Source: Octopus bimaculoides
Lineage: Eukaryota
NCBI RefSeq assembly: GCF_001194135.2
Contig: NC_068989.1
Span: forward strand, 57,047,665 to 57,111,664
Direction of reading: 5' to 3'
DNA: 64,000 bases
Under the pieces are notes generated by a model. It saw nothing but the letters and a program-made list of their open reading frames with translations, had not been told where the DNA came from and did not search any database. Positions 1-12,360 of the stretch are shown here, one piece after another. The position numbers and the translations under genes were made by a program. Each line of letters opens with the position of its first letter. Position 1 is the stretch's first letter.

Positions 1-36
<36 letters not shown>

Positions 37-245
37 TTGCGCATGGAAAGCCGCACTTGAATATTCATTAAATGATAATATGCGTTTCTACATTTCTCTG
101 ACAATAGGCTTTTACGTAACATCATGTATATATTCGAAGAGAGCAACATATACATAGACAATCTATAGATAAAAAGGAAAATATAACAGTGGGTACATAA
201 GACAGAAACTGCCTCTGCTAACATCTGCTATTTCCTAATTAGAGC

Positions 246-420
246 AGTTTTTCAGTCATTTGACTGCGGCCATGCTGGAGCACTGCCTTTATTCGAGCAA
301 ATCGACCGCAGGACTTATTCTTTGTAATCCTAGTACTTGTTTTATCTGTCTTTTAGGCCGAACCGCTAAGTTATAGGTCGTAAACACACCAGCATCGATT
401 GTCAAGCGATGTTGGGAGTA

Positions 421-465
<45 letters not shown>

Positions 466-612
466 ACACGCACACACACATATATATATATATATATACG
501 ACGGGCTTCTTTCAGTTTCCCTCTAGCAAATCTATTCACAAGGTTGAACCCGGAGCCAGGACCATGTGATTGGTGAGCAAGCTACTTACCACACAGTCAC
601 TCCTGTGCCTAT
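246..612 (-). mobile_element. tRNA-derived SINE with internal (CA)/(TA) microsatellite; ~55-60 bp of the body is deleted
   Basis: The minus strand starts ATAGGCACAGGAGTGACTGTGTGGTAAGTAGCTTGC...GGGTTCAACC (A/B-box-like head) and ends ...GCTCCAGCATGGCCGCAGTCAAATGACTGAA. It aligns by eye to the full copy at 41873-42295, which contains the missing segment. Confidence 0.85.
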
Positions 613-885
613 CTATTTGTATATTTTTAAAGAAATCATAGCTTCACTGAAATCAACCGAGATATTCCAGCGAGTCATCCTGGCTCATTTTTGTCAATTT
701 TGTTTTTCCATATAATTATGTTAGTGTGTAAATTCTTACTAAATTATTTAGATAATTAGAAAGACATATTAATTAATTTATTTCTTAATCAATGCAAATT
801 TAAAAGTCTTCTTTCTCCATATTCTCGTTTACTTTTGCAGCCTGTTTTAACTGCGCGCGCGCACGCACACACATATGTATGTACG

Positions 886-951
<66 letters not shown>

Positions 952-1189
952 TGTGTGTGTACACACACACATAAAGTAAAAACGATAGAGTGAACCTCCA
1001 TCGATTTATAGAGGGAGTATGCTTCCGATTGTTCGGTCAGTTGAATTGTATATTCATTGAATTATGCTGAGTACTTCATATACATGTGTATCTTTCAAGT
1101 AGTCTTCGAGTAAGATAAGATTTCCTCAGTCTGAATCAGCACTAGTCTTTTGAATTTCATGTAAATTAATCCATGTGATGGACCTTCAA

Positions 1190-1330
1190 GTAGTTTCCGT
1201 CTACCGAATTTCAGTTATAAAGCAGGGGTTACTCCGATATTATGATAAGAAGAAATTCTTGAACAAGATATTACGAAATGAGATCGAATCCGGGATCTCA
1301 TATCTACGGAATGTATTTCTTAACTTATAG
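1190..1330 (-). mobile_element. Highly degenerate SINE head fragment (same family as 246-612)
   Basis: GTTTCCGTCTACCGAATTTCA and GATCGAATCCGGGATC resemble the reverse complement of the family's head and body. Confidence 0.45.
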
Positions 1331-1619
1331 ATACTTACACAAATGCACACATACATAGAGTCATACATACATACATTATAGTTGTACCCTCGTTACACGA
1401 GAAAGCCTTTCCCAGAAAAAACTTACTGAAATGATTCATTACTGATGCTATGTGATGCCCTTATATGACTTTTTAGCCCAGCCAAACTCTTACACATTTT
1501 GTTACATACTGCACAACAGTGCTGACTGGCAGGAGAAACAGGTGCCATCATATGCACTCTCTTGACGTGTCTTTAGAGACCTAGATCTCCAGCTGAGAGA
1601 CACACCCTTCCACATTTTA

Positions 1620-1889
1620 CACATGTTTGTTCTGAATTCTAATAGCCGCATCATTGTTTATCATGGGTCGATTCCTATGAGATTTTTTATAGCTCACTAG
1701 GCCTGCACGACTGAAACACCTCCTCCTACAAACCACACACACAAAAAGCAACACTCTCACTTTCCACAGCTTCCCTCTTTCTAAGCCCTTCCCAATTCTC
1801 TCATACTTCACTCTCTCCCTCTCAAACCTTGAACAATCACTATGCACTATCTTCCTACACCCATCGCGGTCTCGTGCCTCCCTCTCCCA
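1620..1889 (-). mobile_element. RTE-clade LINE 3' end fragment
   Basis: Minus translation WEREARDRDGCRKIVHSDCSRFERERVKY...FVCVVCRRRCFSRAGLVSYKKSH matches the RTE C-terminal pattern W..A.DR..WR..V..G...FE..R plus the C-x2-C...SR.GL.SH...H zinc-finger-like tail. Confidence 0.75.
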
Positions 1890-2273
1890 ACCACCAGCTA
1901 CAATTCTAGGAAGTTGGTCATCATAACAAGGACGATATTAACTACCTCTAGTAACTTTCAGATCAGCAGTGCACTTATGAGATCCATGTTGGACAGACTA
2001 GCAGAGTAAGCGGCATCAGAACAGACCAAGCTATATTTAAGCACTGCATCATAACACCATATCACTCAGGCAACACCTATTGAACTGTGACAGGAGAAAT
2101 GAGTAGATGAGTTGTTTACTCTACAATGAACACAACAAAACAACTTAAGGGTGAGTAAAGTACTCCCGAGTAGCTTCATTGAGTTCTCAATGTGATTCCG
2201 TGATAGCAGGACTTGAACCACAACAAAGTAGAAATGAAATCCAGCACAGCATCGAAGAGCACAAGTCAGTCTA

Positions 2274-2333
<60 letters not shown>

Positions 2334-2439
2334 CGTGTGTGTAAACATATCTATGTATGTGTGTATCTATGTTATGATTTAACTTAGGCATAGCGATGCT
2401 ATTAGCAAGTTGTTAGAATTCAAAATATTTACGCTTTAG

Positions 2440-2865
2440 GGTGGTGAGCTGGCTGAACCGTTAGCACGCCGGGCGAAATGCTTAGCGGTATTTCGTCTGC
2501 CGCTACGTTCTGAGTTCAAATTTCGCCGAGGTCGACTTTGCCATTCATCTTTTCGGGGTCGATTAAATAAGTACCAGTTACGCACTGAGGTCGATATAAT
2601 CGACTTAATCCGTTTGTCTGTCCTTGTTTATCTCCTCTGTGTGTAGCTTCTTTTGGGGAGTAAAGAAATAAACGTTAGCACGCCGGGCGAAATGCTTAGC
2701 GGTATTTCATATGTCTTTACGTTCTGAGTTCAAATTCCACCGATGTCGACTTTGCATTTCATCCTTTTGAGGTCGATAAATTAAGTACCAGTTGCGTGCT
2801 GGGATCAATCTAATGGACTGTCCTCCTCCCACAAAATTTCGGACCTTATGCCTAGAGTAGAAAAG
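2440..2865 (+). mobile_element. Dimeric tRNA-derived SINE (two head+core units) with 16 bp TSD
   Basis: CGTTAGCACGCCGGGCGAAATGCTTAGCGGTATTTC occurs at ~2459 and ~2673, each followed by GAGTTCAAATT and a GTCGACTTTGC..TTCATC.TTT..GGTCGAT.AA.TAAGTACCAG core. TSD AATATTTACGCTTTAG (2424-2439) / AATATTTACACTTTAG (2866-2881). Confidence 0.9.
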
Positions 2866-3034
2866 AATATTTACACTTTAGAATGTTAGGTGAGTACAGA
2901 GCGTAATGTGCACTATTAAATGATAAAAGAACAGGAGTTACGTAATCACTTGCATTAATTTATGCATACACAATCATATACATCAGTGAAATATACTTGT
3001 ATCAGCCTTATTTTTTCATTTCAGAAATCAAAGG

Positions 3035-3200
3035 CGCATTTCCTTTTGTTCTCTACATTTTGAGTTCAAATTATGCCACGGTCGACTTTGTCTTTTATGC
3101 TTTCAGGGTGAATAAAATATCAGCTGAACACTGGGGGTGATGTAATCGACTTACTCATACTCCTAAATTTGCTAACCTTGTGCCGAAATAAGAAATCAGT
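3035..3200 (+). mobile_element. Degenerate monomeric SINE (same core family as 2440-2865)
   Basis: TTGAGTTCAAATTATGCCACGGTCGACTTTGTC...GATGTAATCGACTTAC...CCTTGTGCCGAAATAAGAAATC follows the family order. Confidence 0.7.
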
Positions 3201-4042
3201 ATTTATGTCAGAAATCATTACGTATATTTGTTGGATGGTGGAGTGGCAAATTCATCATTGCTATTTCTTTATCTTCTGAGTTGAAGACTTACACCTAAGA
3301 AATCTGTCTTTCGTCCTTCGGAGGTCGATAAAAAGGGGGGAAAAATAGCCAATTTGAACAGAAGGTTTTAATCGCCTAAGATTTCTGTCTTATGTTAGAA
3401 ATCATTACTTCTTCCTTTAATTATATTATAAATATACAAATCTGCATACTTACTCACACAGTTACATAGCTTCAATGAATACGTGTATTTAAATTATATT
3501 TTGCTGGAAAATATTTTGAAAAAACAAAACAAAACAACCGCATAGAAATTATACGTCATTGTTTTGGTGTCAGTACAACAGCTAGGTCATGTCTTTTTTA
3601 GTAAATCTATTCAGTTATGTGCACTGAATTAGCCTAGGGAAGGTAGCACACCTCAATGAATACAATTATAGTAATCAATGTTCCATTTCGTTTTGGCTGT
3701 TGTCGGTGCTGGCAAACGTGAGGTAGTGTCAGCTATGCTTCTATAATATTACGTGCGTTTGATCTTGATAGTTATACGAAACTTTTAGAGCAAGGTTAAG
3801 CTCCTTTAAATAAAACAAGCTTAATCAATACAGAGAATTTGATCAATGTAAAAACCAAAAATTGATCTGAAATTATTGATTGCTCTACATCAGTTTTCAA
3901 GCTATTCTCCAAACACCTACAAGAGTAAAGAAGTTCGAAATACACACACATAAATATATACATACATATATACACGCATGCGAAGGCAGTCACACGCACA
4001 CACGCTTGCACACACATAGATACACAGACGCACACATGTATG

Positions 4043-4096
<54 letters not shown>

Positions 4097-4275
4097 ATAT
4101 TATTTAGTATTATAATTATACATATTTATGTAGCATATTACATTATTACATACACACATTTTTATATATAACCTCTCTCCCCCTCTCTCTATGTGTGTGT
4201 GTATATATATATATATATATGTGTGTGTGTATATACATACACACACACGCACACACGCACGCACGCACGCACGCG

Positions 4276-4306
<31 letters not shown>

Positions 4307-4384
4307 ACATATATATATACTACCTTAAAAGCCACCTTTTGAGATAGTATATAGATTTAAAGTAACTGACCGACCCTGAATGGG

Positions 4385-4471
4385 AATATCTGCAAACAGA
4401 CCTATGACTTGTTTTGGAGAATTTGTTGCAATTGCTTCCTCCTGAGTCATATCCCAATGATGATCATATTC
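4385..4471 (-). mobile_element. Helitron RepHel coding fragment (29 codons)
   Basis: EYDHHWDMTQEEAIATNSPKQVIGLFADI keeps exact spacing with the conserved Helitron segment between Rep and helicase, E-x-D-x-HWD-x-T-x-x-EA-x4-SP-x-Q-[IV]-x2-LFA-x-I (pattern recalled from family knowledge, not searched). Confidence 0.65.
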
Positions 4472-4773
4472 GTCGCAAAAAAGAAAAAGAATCATGTAAA
4501 AAAAATCGTCGAAAACAATCGCAGTAATGAAAACACGAATCCAAAATTTTAGGCTTGCAGGTCCGGATTCGGCCGGGGATGTTTTTAATTTACTCACAGA
4601 GTTAGCCTTTAAATTATGAAAATTGTTATCGTACAAAAGCATTTGTCGCAAAAAGTCACGTAAAAGAATCGCCGAAAACAATCACAATAATGAAAACTTG
4701 GGAAACTAAAATTTCAGGATTATAGGTCCGGATTCGGCCCGGAATGTTTTTAATTAACTTATAGAGTCAGCCT
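4465..4773. repeat. Imperfect tandem duplication, period ~165 bp
   Basis: GTCGCAAAAA...GAAAACAATC.CA.TAATGAAAAC...AGGTCCGGATTCGGCC.GG.ATGTTTTTAATT.ACT.A.AGAGT.AGCCT occurs twice, ending at 4608 and 4773. Confidence 0.85.
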
Positions 4774-4889
4774 GATTCCAAAATGATATGATATGTTGGG
4801 CTACGACCTCTAGGAGTAAAGTTGAAAACGTGTGACACACTGACACACTGACACTCATATTTAGTATATTACATTATTATATTATATTA

Positions 4890-5072
4890 AGGCAGCTTAG
4901 CAGTATTTCGCCTGCCGTTATGGTTTTGAGTTCCAATTCCACCGAGGTCGACTTTTCCTTTCCTTCTTTCGAGGTCGATAAAATTAATGCCAGTTACCTA
5001 CTGGGGTTTGATGTAATTGACTTAATCCCTTCCACCAAAATTTGAGGCCTTATGCTTCCAGTAGAAAGGATT
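4890..5072 (+). mobile_element. Monomeric SINE with partly deleted head
   Basis: GCTTAGCAGTATTTCGCCTGCC...GAGTTCCAATTCCACCGAGGTCGACTTTTCCTTTCCTTCTTTCGAGGTCGATAAAATTAATGCCAG...GTAGAAAGGAT. Confidence 0.85.
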
Positions 5073-5246
5073 TATTAAAGTTGAAAGAAACAACCCACTC
5101 TGGTGCGGAACTCTGAATAAAGTGTTAAATTTTCATGTGATATGCATATCTCTAGTGTGTTGAGTTTTATATCAAATGATGACTGTCACTACGTATAATA
5201 AAATTTACAAATATTGCATGTAATATATACAAATACACGCACGCAC

Positions 5247-5300
<54 letters not shown>

Positions 5301-5412
5301 NNNNNNNNNNNNNNNNNNNNNNNNNNNNNNNNNNNNNNNNNNNNNNNNNNNNNNNNNNNNNNNNNNNNNNNNNNNNNNNNNNNNNNNNNNNNNNNNNNNN
5401 NNNNNNNNNNNN

Positions 5413-5462
<50 letters not shown>

Positions 5463-6169
5463 GTGTGAATATACATATATATGAATATAAACACTGATAC
5501 ATACATAATACACACCACACACACACACACACAGAGATTCACACACACATATATAGGCAACTCGAGGATGTTAGATCCACATTAGGGATTACATAATCCA
5601 AAAAATTCCACTCGTTAATCACTATCATATAAGGAGAAAGTCACGACGATATGTTAGGGATTATTGTAATAATACATATTGTTAATCTTGAAAGAAAGAA
5701 AATGGCGAAAAATGGTTGTATGAATAATTTATTTGTATGATATAAAGATGTAAAATCTTTTTTATAATAACAATACAAATAAATTATAAATTGTAAAGCT
5801 CAAAAGGAAATGGCAGGTGAGAAAAACCTAGGTATATGTTTCGGTTCAGGCTTCAGACTAAATCGGAGTGATGTATTATACAGATGCAGCATGAGAGCGA
5901 CGGCTGAACAACAGCACTAAAGATAAATCCATTCGCCAAACGCTCATAGATGTAAAAAGACTATCCGCTTTTTGAGATATTCCATGCGGTTCCAGAACTA
6001 TTGCATGAGGTTTCGTTCACAAAGATCTGGATGAGAAACATTTCACATACCAACAAATAATTGAGCATTATTCTGCTTTCTGAATAATTGAGGATAGTTC
6101 CGATATCGACAGGAAGTGTAACTGCTCAATAAATATTGAATAAACTGAAAGAATGAAATTCTAAGTTGT

Positions 6170-6673
6170 TAAGTTGCGAGCGAAAATGTCACATATGTCA
6201 TTCATCTGTAGAAGAAAATGCATTTATGAACTGTAGCTGCTCCCAAAATGTCATGTCGTTGTTACTAATATAATAGAATGTCATTTATAAGAGGAACCAT
6301 TATAAAACATTTTTAACGTTAAATGTATTCAAACATTCTAACAAAGAAAATTGGTGAAATATTCACGTGGAAAATTTTGCCAAATGCTAATACACTACTT
6401 TTATATAGATATGAATGGAATAAATAAAAAAATATATGTAGTTATAGTATTGTAGTGGTCAACTTCCCAGTGAATATAACTATTTCATTCAATGTTAGTG
6501 AGAAAGAGAATATTTATGCGCTACTATGCAGAAACCGGCAGTTTCTCAATCCAGATTTATATTACAGTAGGACAGGTGGAGTTTTCAAAGAAAGAAAAAG
6601 CCATCTAACGTGTATTCTGTATATTCAATATGCAAGCGGAACAGTGAAAGTGTGGAAAAATATTCTACAATAG
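6170..6673 (+). mobile_element. Old, degenerate RLE-type non-LTR retrotransposon 3' region
   Basis: CERKCHICHSSVEE (zinc-knuckle remnant), FPVNITISFNVSEKENIYALLCRNRQFLNPD and SGTVKVWKNILQ* are homologous to the younger copy at 6796-7295. The 5' boundary is uncertain and may extend to ~5800. Confidence 0.6.
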
Positions 6674-6795
6674 AGCATGTAACGCTTTGTTGATTTCTAA
6701 ATCCCAAAGAAGATGGATTCCTTCCTATATTGAAAACAACCTTTACTCTATTAGAGCACTCCAGTGAATTAAAATTGAGAGTATGATACATACAA

Positions 6796-7400
6796 ATGGT
6801 TCGGCACGATGCTGTCGCCAAAACAATTTACAATACCAACCTCAAAAAAGACTGTCCTGAAATAAATCTCACTATTATGGAATACATTCATAAACACCAA
6901 CTCAAGGAATACTAGCGGAATATTCCCATCAAAACTTCTGTAAAATTAAAACAGAACAGACCGGATATTGTCGTTTGGGACAGAGGAGCTAAGTTATGTA
7001 CCGTCATAGAGGTTAGTTACCCTGCAGATATAAATATCTCATTGGAAATCAAAGAAAAAGAGAATATCTATGGAAAACTGTTTCGAAACCTCCAGCTTCC
7101 ATATCCAGACTATGAATTCATATTCATACCAATAATAATTGGAGCATTAAGTTTGTTAGTAAATGCTTAAAGGAGAATCTGGATAGACTGGGATTTTCAG
7201 AAAGAGAAATCGACCGGCTAATTCGTACATTACAAATGCAATCTGTGAGTGGAAAAGTAAAAATATGCAAGACTTTTCTCAAGTTCCAAATGTAAATTTG
7301 TCCGTGTTAACTACATCACAAAGATGGAGCCTTGTATCTTTGTTGGAAACCGGCCCCCTTTTCAGTGGAATATTTATAATAGTTAAAAAAATAGAAGAGA
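6796..7400 (+). mobile_element. 5'-truncated RLE-type LINE (R4/Dong- or NeSL-like clade), ORF 3' end plus 3' UTR
   Basis: MVRHDAVAKTIYN...NIPIKTSVKLKQNRPDIVVWDRGAKLCTVIEVSYPADINISLEIKEKENIYGKL...IPIIIGAL/.../GKVKICKTFLKFQM* gives the RHD motif plus a PD-(D/E)xK-type RLE. One stop (6913-6915) and one frameshift (~7150). Followed by (CATA)n at ~7401-7437. Confidence 0.88.
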
Positions 7401-7439
7401 CATACATACATACATACATACATACATACATACATACAA

Positions 7440-7550
7440 AAATACCCTGTTGTTGATGCTGAAATTCCAATGAAGGAACCTTGGATTTAGGTTAGAAACC
7501 GGCTCTTTCCCTATTGACAAGAAATCTTGAAATGAAACTGAATGGTATAT
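7440..7550 (+). mobile_element. Isolated 3'-terminal UTR segment of a related RLE LINE
   Basis: GCTGAAATTCCAATGAAGGAACCTTGGATTTAGGTTAGAAACCGG...ATTGACAAGAAATCT matches the reverse complement of the 3' end of the LINE at 16480-16560. Confidence 0.75.
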
Positions 7551-8012
7551 ATACATACGTGTCGGTTATTGACAGAAAGATGAGTATGACCATAGCTGAC
7601 AAATTATCTTATCCCAAATGTTAAAGACAAATTGCTATAAGAAATTCGTGCACAGAAATTTAAGGTCAATAACAGCTTGCACAACATTCTAAGACAAGCA
7701 CCTTCACAACTATGTAGTCCAGAAAGAAACAAGAGAAAGATCTCCAGCTTTGCAATAATGCATGGGTTATTTCAGGATTTCCCTCTCCGAGAGTCTAAGC
7801 AAAGGCGAGGGATCTCTCACTCCCGGCTGTTGGATGGCCGTCCATTCTACTATCCTTTGATAGGTTTTGGTTTTCTCTCTGCAGCGTGTCCAATGAAAAC
7901 CATCCTCCTTATCAAATAGACTTAGAAGATTTATGGTTTAGTCGTCCACGGCTTGACCCTGGTACAGGATACCAGTAGCACTAAGGATAACTTGATACGA
8001 CATAAATACTCG

Positions 8013-8046
<34 letters not shown>

Positions 8047-8052
8047 CAGACA

Positions 8053-8092
<40 letters not shown>

Positions 8093-9009
8093 TAATTATG
8101 TAGGAATATATATATAAACTTATATATATATATACATATACACACATATATACATATATACATATGCATACCCACATACACACACACACATATATAGACA
8201 TAGATAGATATACATATGTGTATATATGTATATATATATATGTGGATAAAAAATGTGTAGATATATCTGTGTGTGTGTGTGTTTGTAGTCTAAAAGAACA
8301 ACTAGAAAACAAATAGCTGGTATTTCAAATATTTCACTACGAAAGTTTCAGTAGACAGTAACCAATAATTAATATTCAGTAAATCGATCAGCAGCCACCT
8401 TGTCAGATGATGTGTTAAAATACAATTCCTTCAAAATTTCTTCCTTACATGTACGAATGATGCTTCAATCTGTTATAGGGAAAGAAAAATACGAAGAATG
8501 AAAAATAACATAAGTAATATTTAAAAAATAATAATACTTCAAAAGATATATAACAGGATTTCGATGAGGTGGTGCGAATTCAAGGCGACGCATGCAAGAG
8601 TGGGTATTGGGAGAGAATGAACTGGACCATAAGGGATAAACAATAAGTGCATCTACACAAACATACAGATACACGTACGCAAACACAATCACACACATAT
8701 ATACATATGTTTTCATGCTGAAATACTACGTTATATACTACGCCTTGTATATTTACACGAAATTCGAAACCAATAATCGTGTTATAAGTTAAGACGTCAA
8801 AAGACTTCATTTACGTTTTCAAACATAATTCATAAAGATAAGGAAGTTACGGAAAACATTTACTATATTGACCAAAGAATTATTGGTCAAAATATAATTT
8901 AATGTCAATCTAAATAAACCTGTTCTTTGCCATGCATGATGAAAAAATACATTTTTCGCTGGGAAGCTTCAACCATTACTCTGCGAGCAAATATAACTCC
9001 TTTGAGGAA

Positions 9010-9244
9010 ACCAATCACAATCTGATTTTTGGAACATTCCAACTCTCTTTATTGACCGTTGACTGGACACTATTCAATTTTTTTTCTCCGTGTTTTTCTC
9101 CTTGTCTCCGTATTCTTTCTGTTGTTGAAGAGCGTAGCTCGAAACATCAAAGACTTTCCGTATTCCCGAGCGTCATACTAATACATCCTTTTGTTATTTA
9201 CACCACCTGTCCTCTTCTGTTGTTGTTTTTTCGTATATTCTCCC
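9010..9244 (+). mobile_element. Penelope-like element terminal fragment carrying a hammerhead-like motif
   Basis: 9061-9244 is near-identical to 51839-52018. It contains GAAGAGCGTAGCTCGAAACATCAAAGA and ends ATTCTCCC directly into (AT)n. The PLE assignment rests on the minimal-hammerhead signature. Confidence 0.6.
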
Positions 9245-9749
9245 ATATATATATATGTATATATATATGTATATATGCATATCAACGAAGTGAGATTTGG
9301 TTACTACATCCTGCAGGATTGGAAATTTGACAGAAATACTAGTACTAGCCCTGAATTTCTAGGAATTACCACAGCAGTCTCAAATTTTATACAAATCTAC
9401 TCAGAATGGTATCAATGCACTTGGTACGAAAAAGCATACCTTCTTCTTATGTAGTGAATGATGAGAATTTTCTTTCTCTAATATAATTTACATTAAAAAT
9501 CTTAGTAGTTAAATCAAAGATTCAGGAATTATTACTGCATGAAACTACTGGACCGGGAAAGGGCGCCTAGAAAATGTTGTCCATAAATAGAATATCCAAT
9601 CCTAATAACCCTAAGTAACTGATATTTTTCTTCATATAATGGAATGACATATTTAGAAGTAAAAAAAAATATAAGGAAATTGTATATAGTGTTCAGGTGC
9701 GCTACAACTATATAAAAAAAATAATAAGCATCAGGTGTATTGTTGGCGA

Positions 9750-12360
9750 ATTTCAGGAAGCACGGAAGTTTTAAAGGACGTAGTGTCTCGACAGTTAACA
9801 AATGATGCAAGTAGCTTATTCTATGTTTCAGCAATTCTGAGTGTGAAAATATGTTACGGAAAGTCATGGGTGCTGTGTTGTCTTTTGATTTTGTAACCAT
9901 GTCCAAAAGTGTTTGACGTATGGAATTCAAAAAGGTACCCCAGGTTGTTGTTAGAAATATGGTGGATAATCTTGTGGGTGTCTACCAAGTCAGTTGCCAG
10001 ACGCCTGACCTTCCCATGCTCAGGGAAGCAAGACGTTCAGAGTATGGTAGATGCCTCGCGGTGGCTATTCGTTTGGTTGCACGTTTCTGAACAGTTTCCC
10101 GGAGATTGATAGCTGAGCAAGATAGGATTTCCAGACTGGTGATGCAAACTCTACGTGTGGACGTACCATAGTCATAGAGTGTTTTAAATAGAAAACTACG
10201 GAGCGGCTGACAAAGGTCTTATTAAGTGATGCTAAGACTTCCTCAGCCTTCTTGACAATCTAGCGATGTGGTTTGTCCAACGCAGATTCCTGTTTTCAAT
10301 AATATCCGTATCATGTTCGCTAACAGACCTCTTAAGACTGGAGTTGTTGAAGAAATATAAAAAGCTGAGGTTTCCCCACCAACGTGCATGGTTACGAACT
10401 TGCCCACAGCTAATTTGAGTTGCTAGTTAGTAAGCTATTGCTGCATTGTGTCCAGGTCTGATTGTAGGAAAGATCTATAGCACATAGGATCTGTTCTTTT
10501 TATCTCAAGGTACAGCTTGATGTTATCTGCATATTCCAACTTTTGCATTCTTCAAGTTAGCTTCTATGTCATTAATATATGCAACTAACAGTAGGGGTTC
10601 AAGAACGGATCCCTGTGACACACTAGATGTCATCTATTAGGGTGAAGAATGATGTCCTAGAACCGTACTACCTATTTTCGACTGAGAATGAAAAACTTCA
10701 GCCAATTACAGAGATCATCTTTAACACCCATTGCAGAGAGTTTTGCCATGAGTCGCTTGTGTGGCACAGAATTGGAGGTTTTAGCAAAGTAAAGACAGAC
10801 AACATCCCCCCTTGAACTGCTATCAGTAATTCGGTTGATATGCTCAAGAAAGTCGATGTGTTGGCTACAGCAGCTGGAGTTAGGGATAAATTCAAATTGT
10901 GTGTGTCTGATAAGGCTGTGAGAGCTCCAAAAGTTCTCGAGTATTTCTCTGGCACAGGACTCCCTCAGTTTGGCGATGCAGCTAGTAAGGTGGTAGTTGA
11001 CAGGTGATGTGCGATAACCCCTTTTGAACAGGGGAACGACACTGGAAATTTTTCACTACTAAGAGTGACACAATAATTAAAGCAGAATTGAAAGAAGAAT
11101 GAAAACCAGTGCAAAAGAAAGAACCCGCCACGTTTGAGAAGCAGATAAGTATTACCATCAAGACCAGGAGAGGCATTGTCGCGCTTATTCTTGCGTCAGA
11201 GCATTGCGGGTGAGAATTTCACAGATGTCATAGAATTTGATGTCTGAGTTGGTGAAGAAGATACATTTGGATTTTCAACAGTGAAAATGTCAGCATAGCA
11301 CTCAACAACAAGCTCAGCAATTCTTTGGGATCACCAGTGGTCCGACCTGTGCAGGGATTGTAAAGAGGGTCAACTGGAGAGTGAGGCCTCTGCTTCGAAC
11401 ATACATATTTCCTGAACACTTTGGTGTTAGGACTAGTTGTTATACGCTGTTCGAACTCAAGCACTGCCTTTTTGTCACCTGCTAGAGATGGTTGGATGAT
11501 CTATTGCATTTTCTTCTATTGTCGTCTGTTCTATGTAGTCTATATTTGTGTTCGGCATCACAACGATTTCTCCTGGCAAGTCGAGCTGCTGCAGTTTCCC
11601 AGGATTTCGAGAGCTTCTGCGCAGTACTGCTGCTTCACATGCGGCCCAGGTTGCACTGGGGGTGTTTTGAAATAGAATATTGACGTTTTCGGAATCAAAA
11701 CATTTAAACCAGTTTGGGCGTTGTAACTCATCACGGTAGCAGTTCTAGTCTGAGTGGTTTGGAGTTAGTGATGCTTCTTGAATCTGCCCTTAAGAGACAG
11801 ATTAGCAATAATCATAGCGTAATCAGTGTCACCTAGAGGTGACAATTTCAGAAGTGGTGGTAAAGGGCAGGTCCAAAGTGTTATTACCTCTTGTGTGGGA
11901 GGTGGCCATTGGACAATTTTGAACCAGCACTACACCAAGGAAATGACCTGCACTATGCAGTTAACGAAAATTTTCTCAGTCAACTTCAGTGTAGTCGAAG
12001 TCACCAGCAATGAAAATGTAAATGGCTGTTTCCCTCGATGCAACTCTGAAGATTTCAAAATGTTGTGTGTTTTGATGGAAATTGGTGGGCGATAGACAAC
12101 TCCAAGTAGCAGTGTTGACACGCTTATGCATAATTCGCAAAAGAGTATCTAGTATTGTAATTGGTTCAAATCCTCACAAGGGATTGCTGGTACAGAATTT
12201 GTAAGGTGATTGTGTTGCATATAAGAACTTTGTTATTCGACTCCTTCCAGTGGGTCTTTTTTGCACAGTTCTGTCTGAAATTAGTGACAATTCAGTCTAA
12301 TATTTTTTGTAGAGTGTGTATGTGTGTGGGTGGGTGATTGCATTAAAATCTCAAACTGCT
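9750..12360 (-). mobile_element. Fossil CR1/L2-group LINE ORF2 (APE endonuclease + reverse transcriptase), many stops and frameshifts
   Basis: Motifs in the expected order on the minus strand: LLGVVYRPP (~12100, APE), SSVSQGSVLEPLLLVAYINDI (~10565-10630), YADNIKLY (10510-10533, RT YADD box), TMVRPHVEFASPVWN (~10130-10170) and a degenerate WN.LP...VN...SFK tail (~9770-9840). Confidence 0.88.

Noticed and set aside
7770-7860. GGATTTCCCTCTCCGAGAG...CAAAGGCGAGGGA segment as a repeat fragment
   Set aside because: It resembles recalled retroelement-associated sequence, but there is no second copy in the window and no diagnostic motif.
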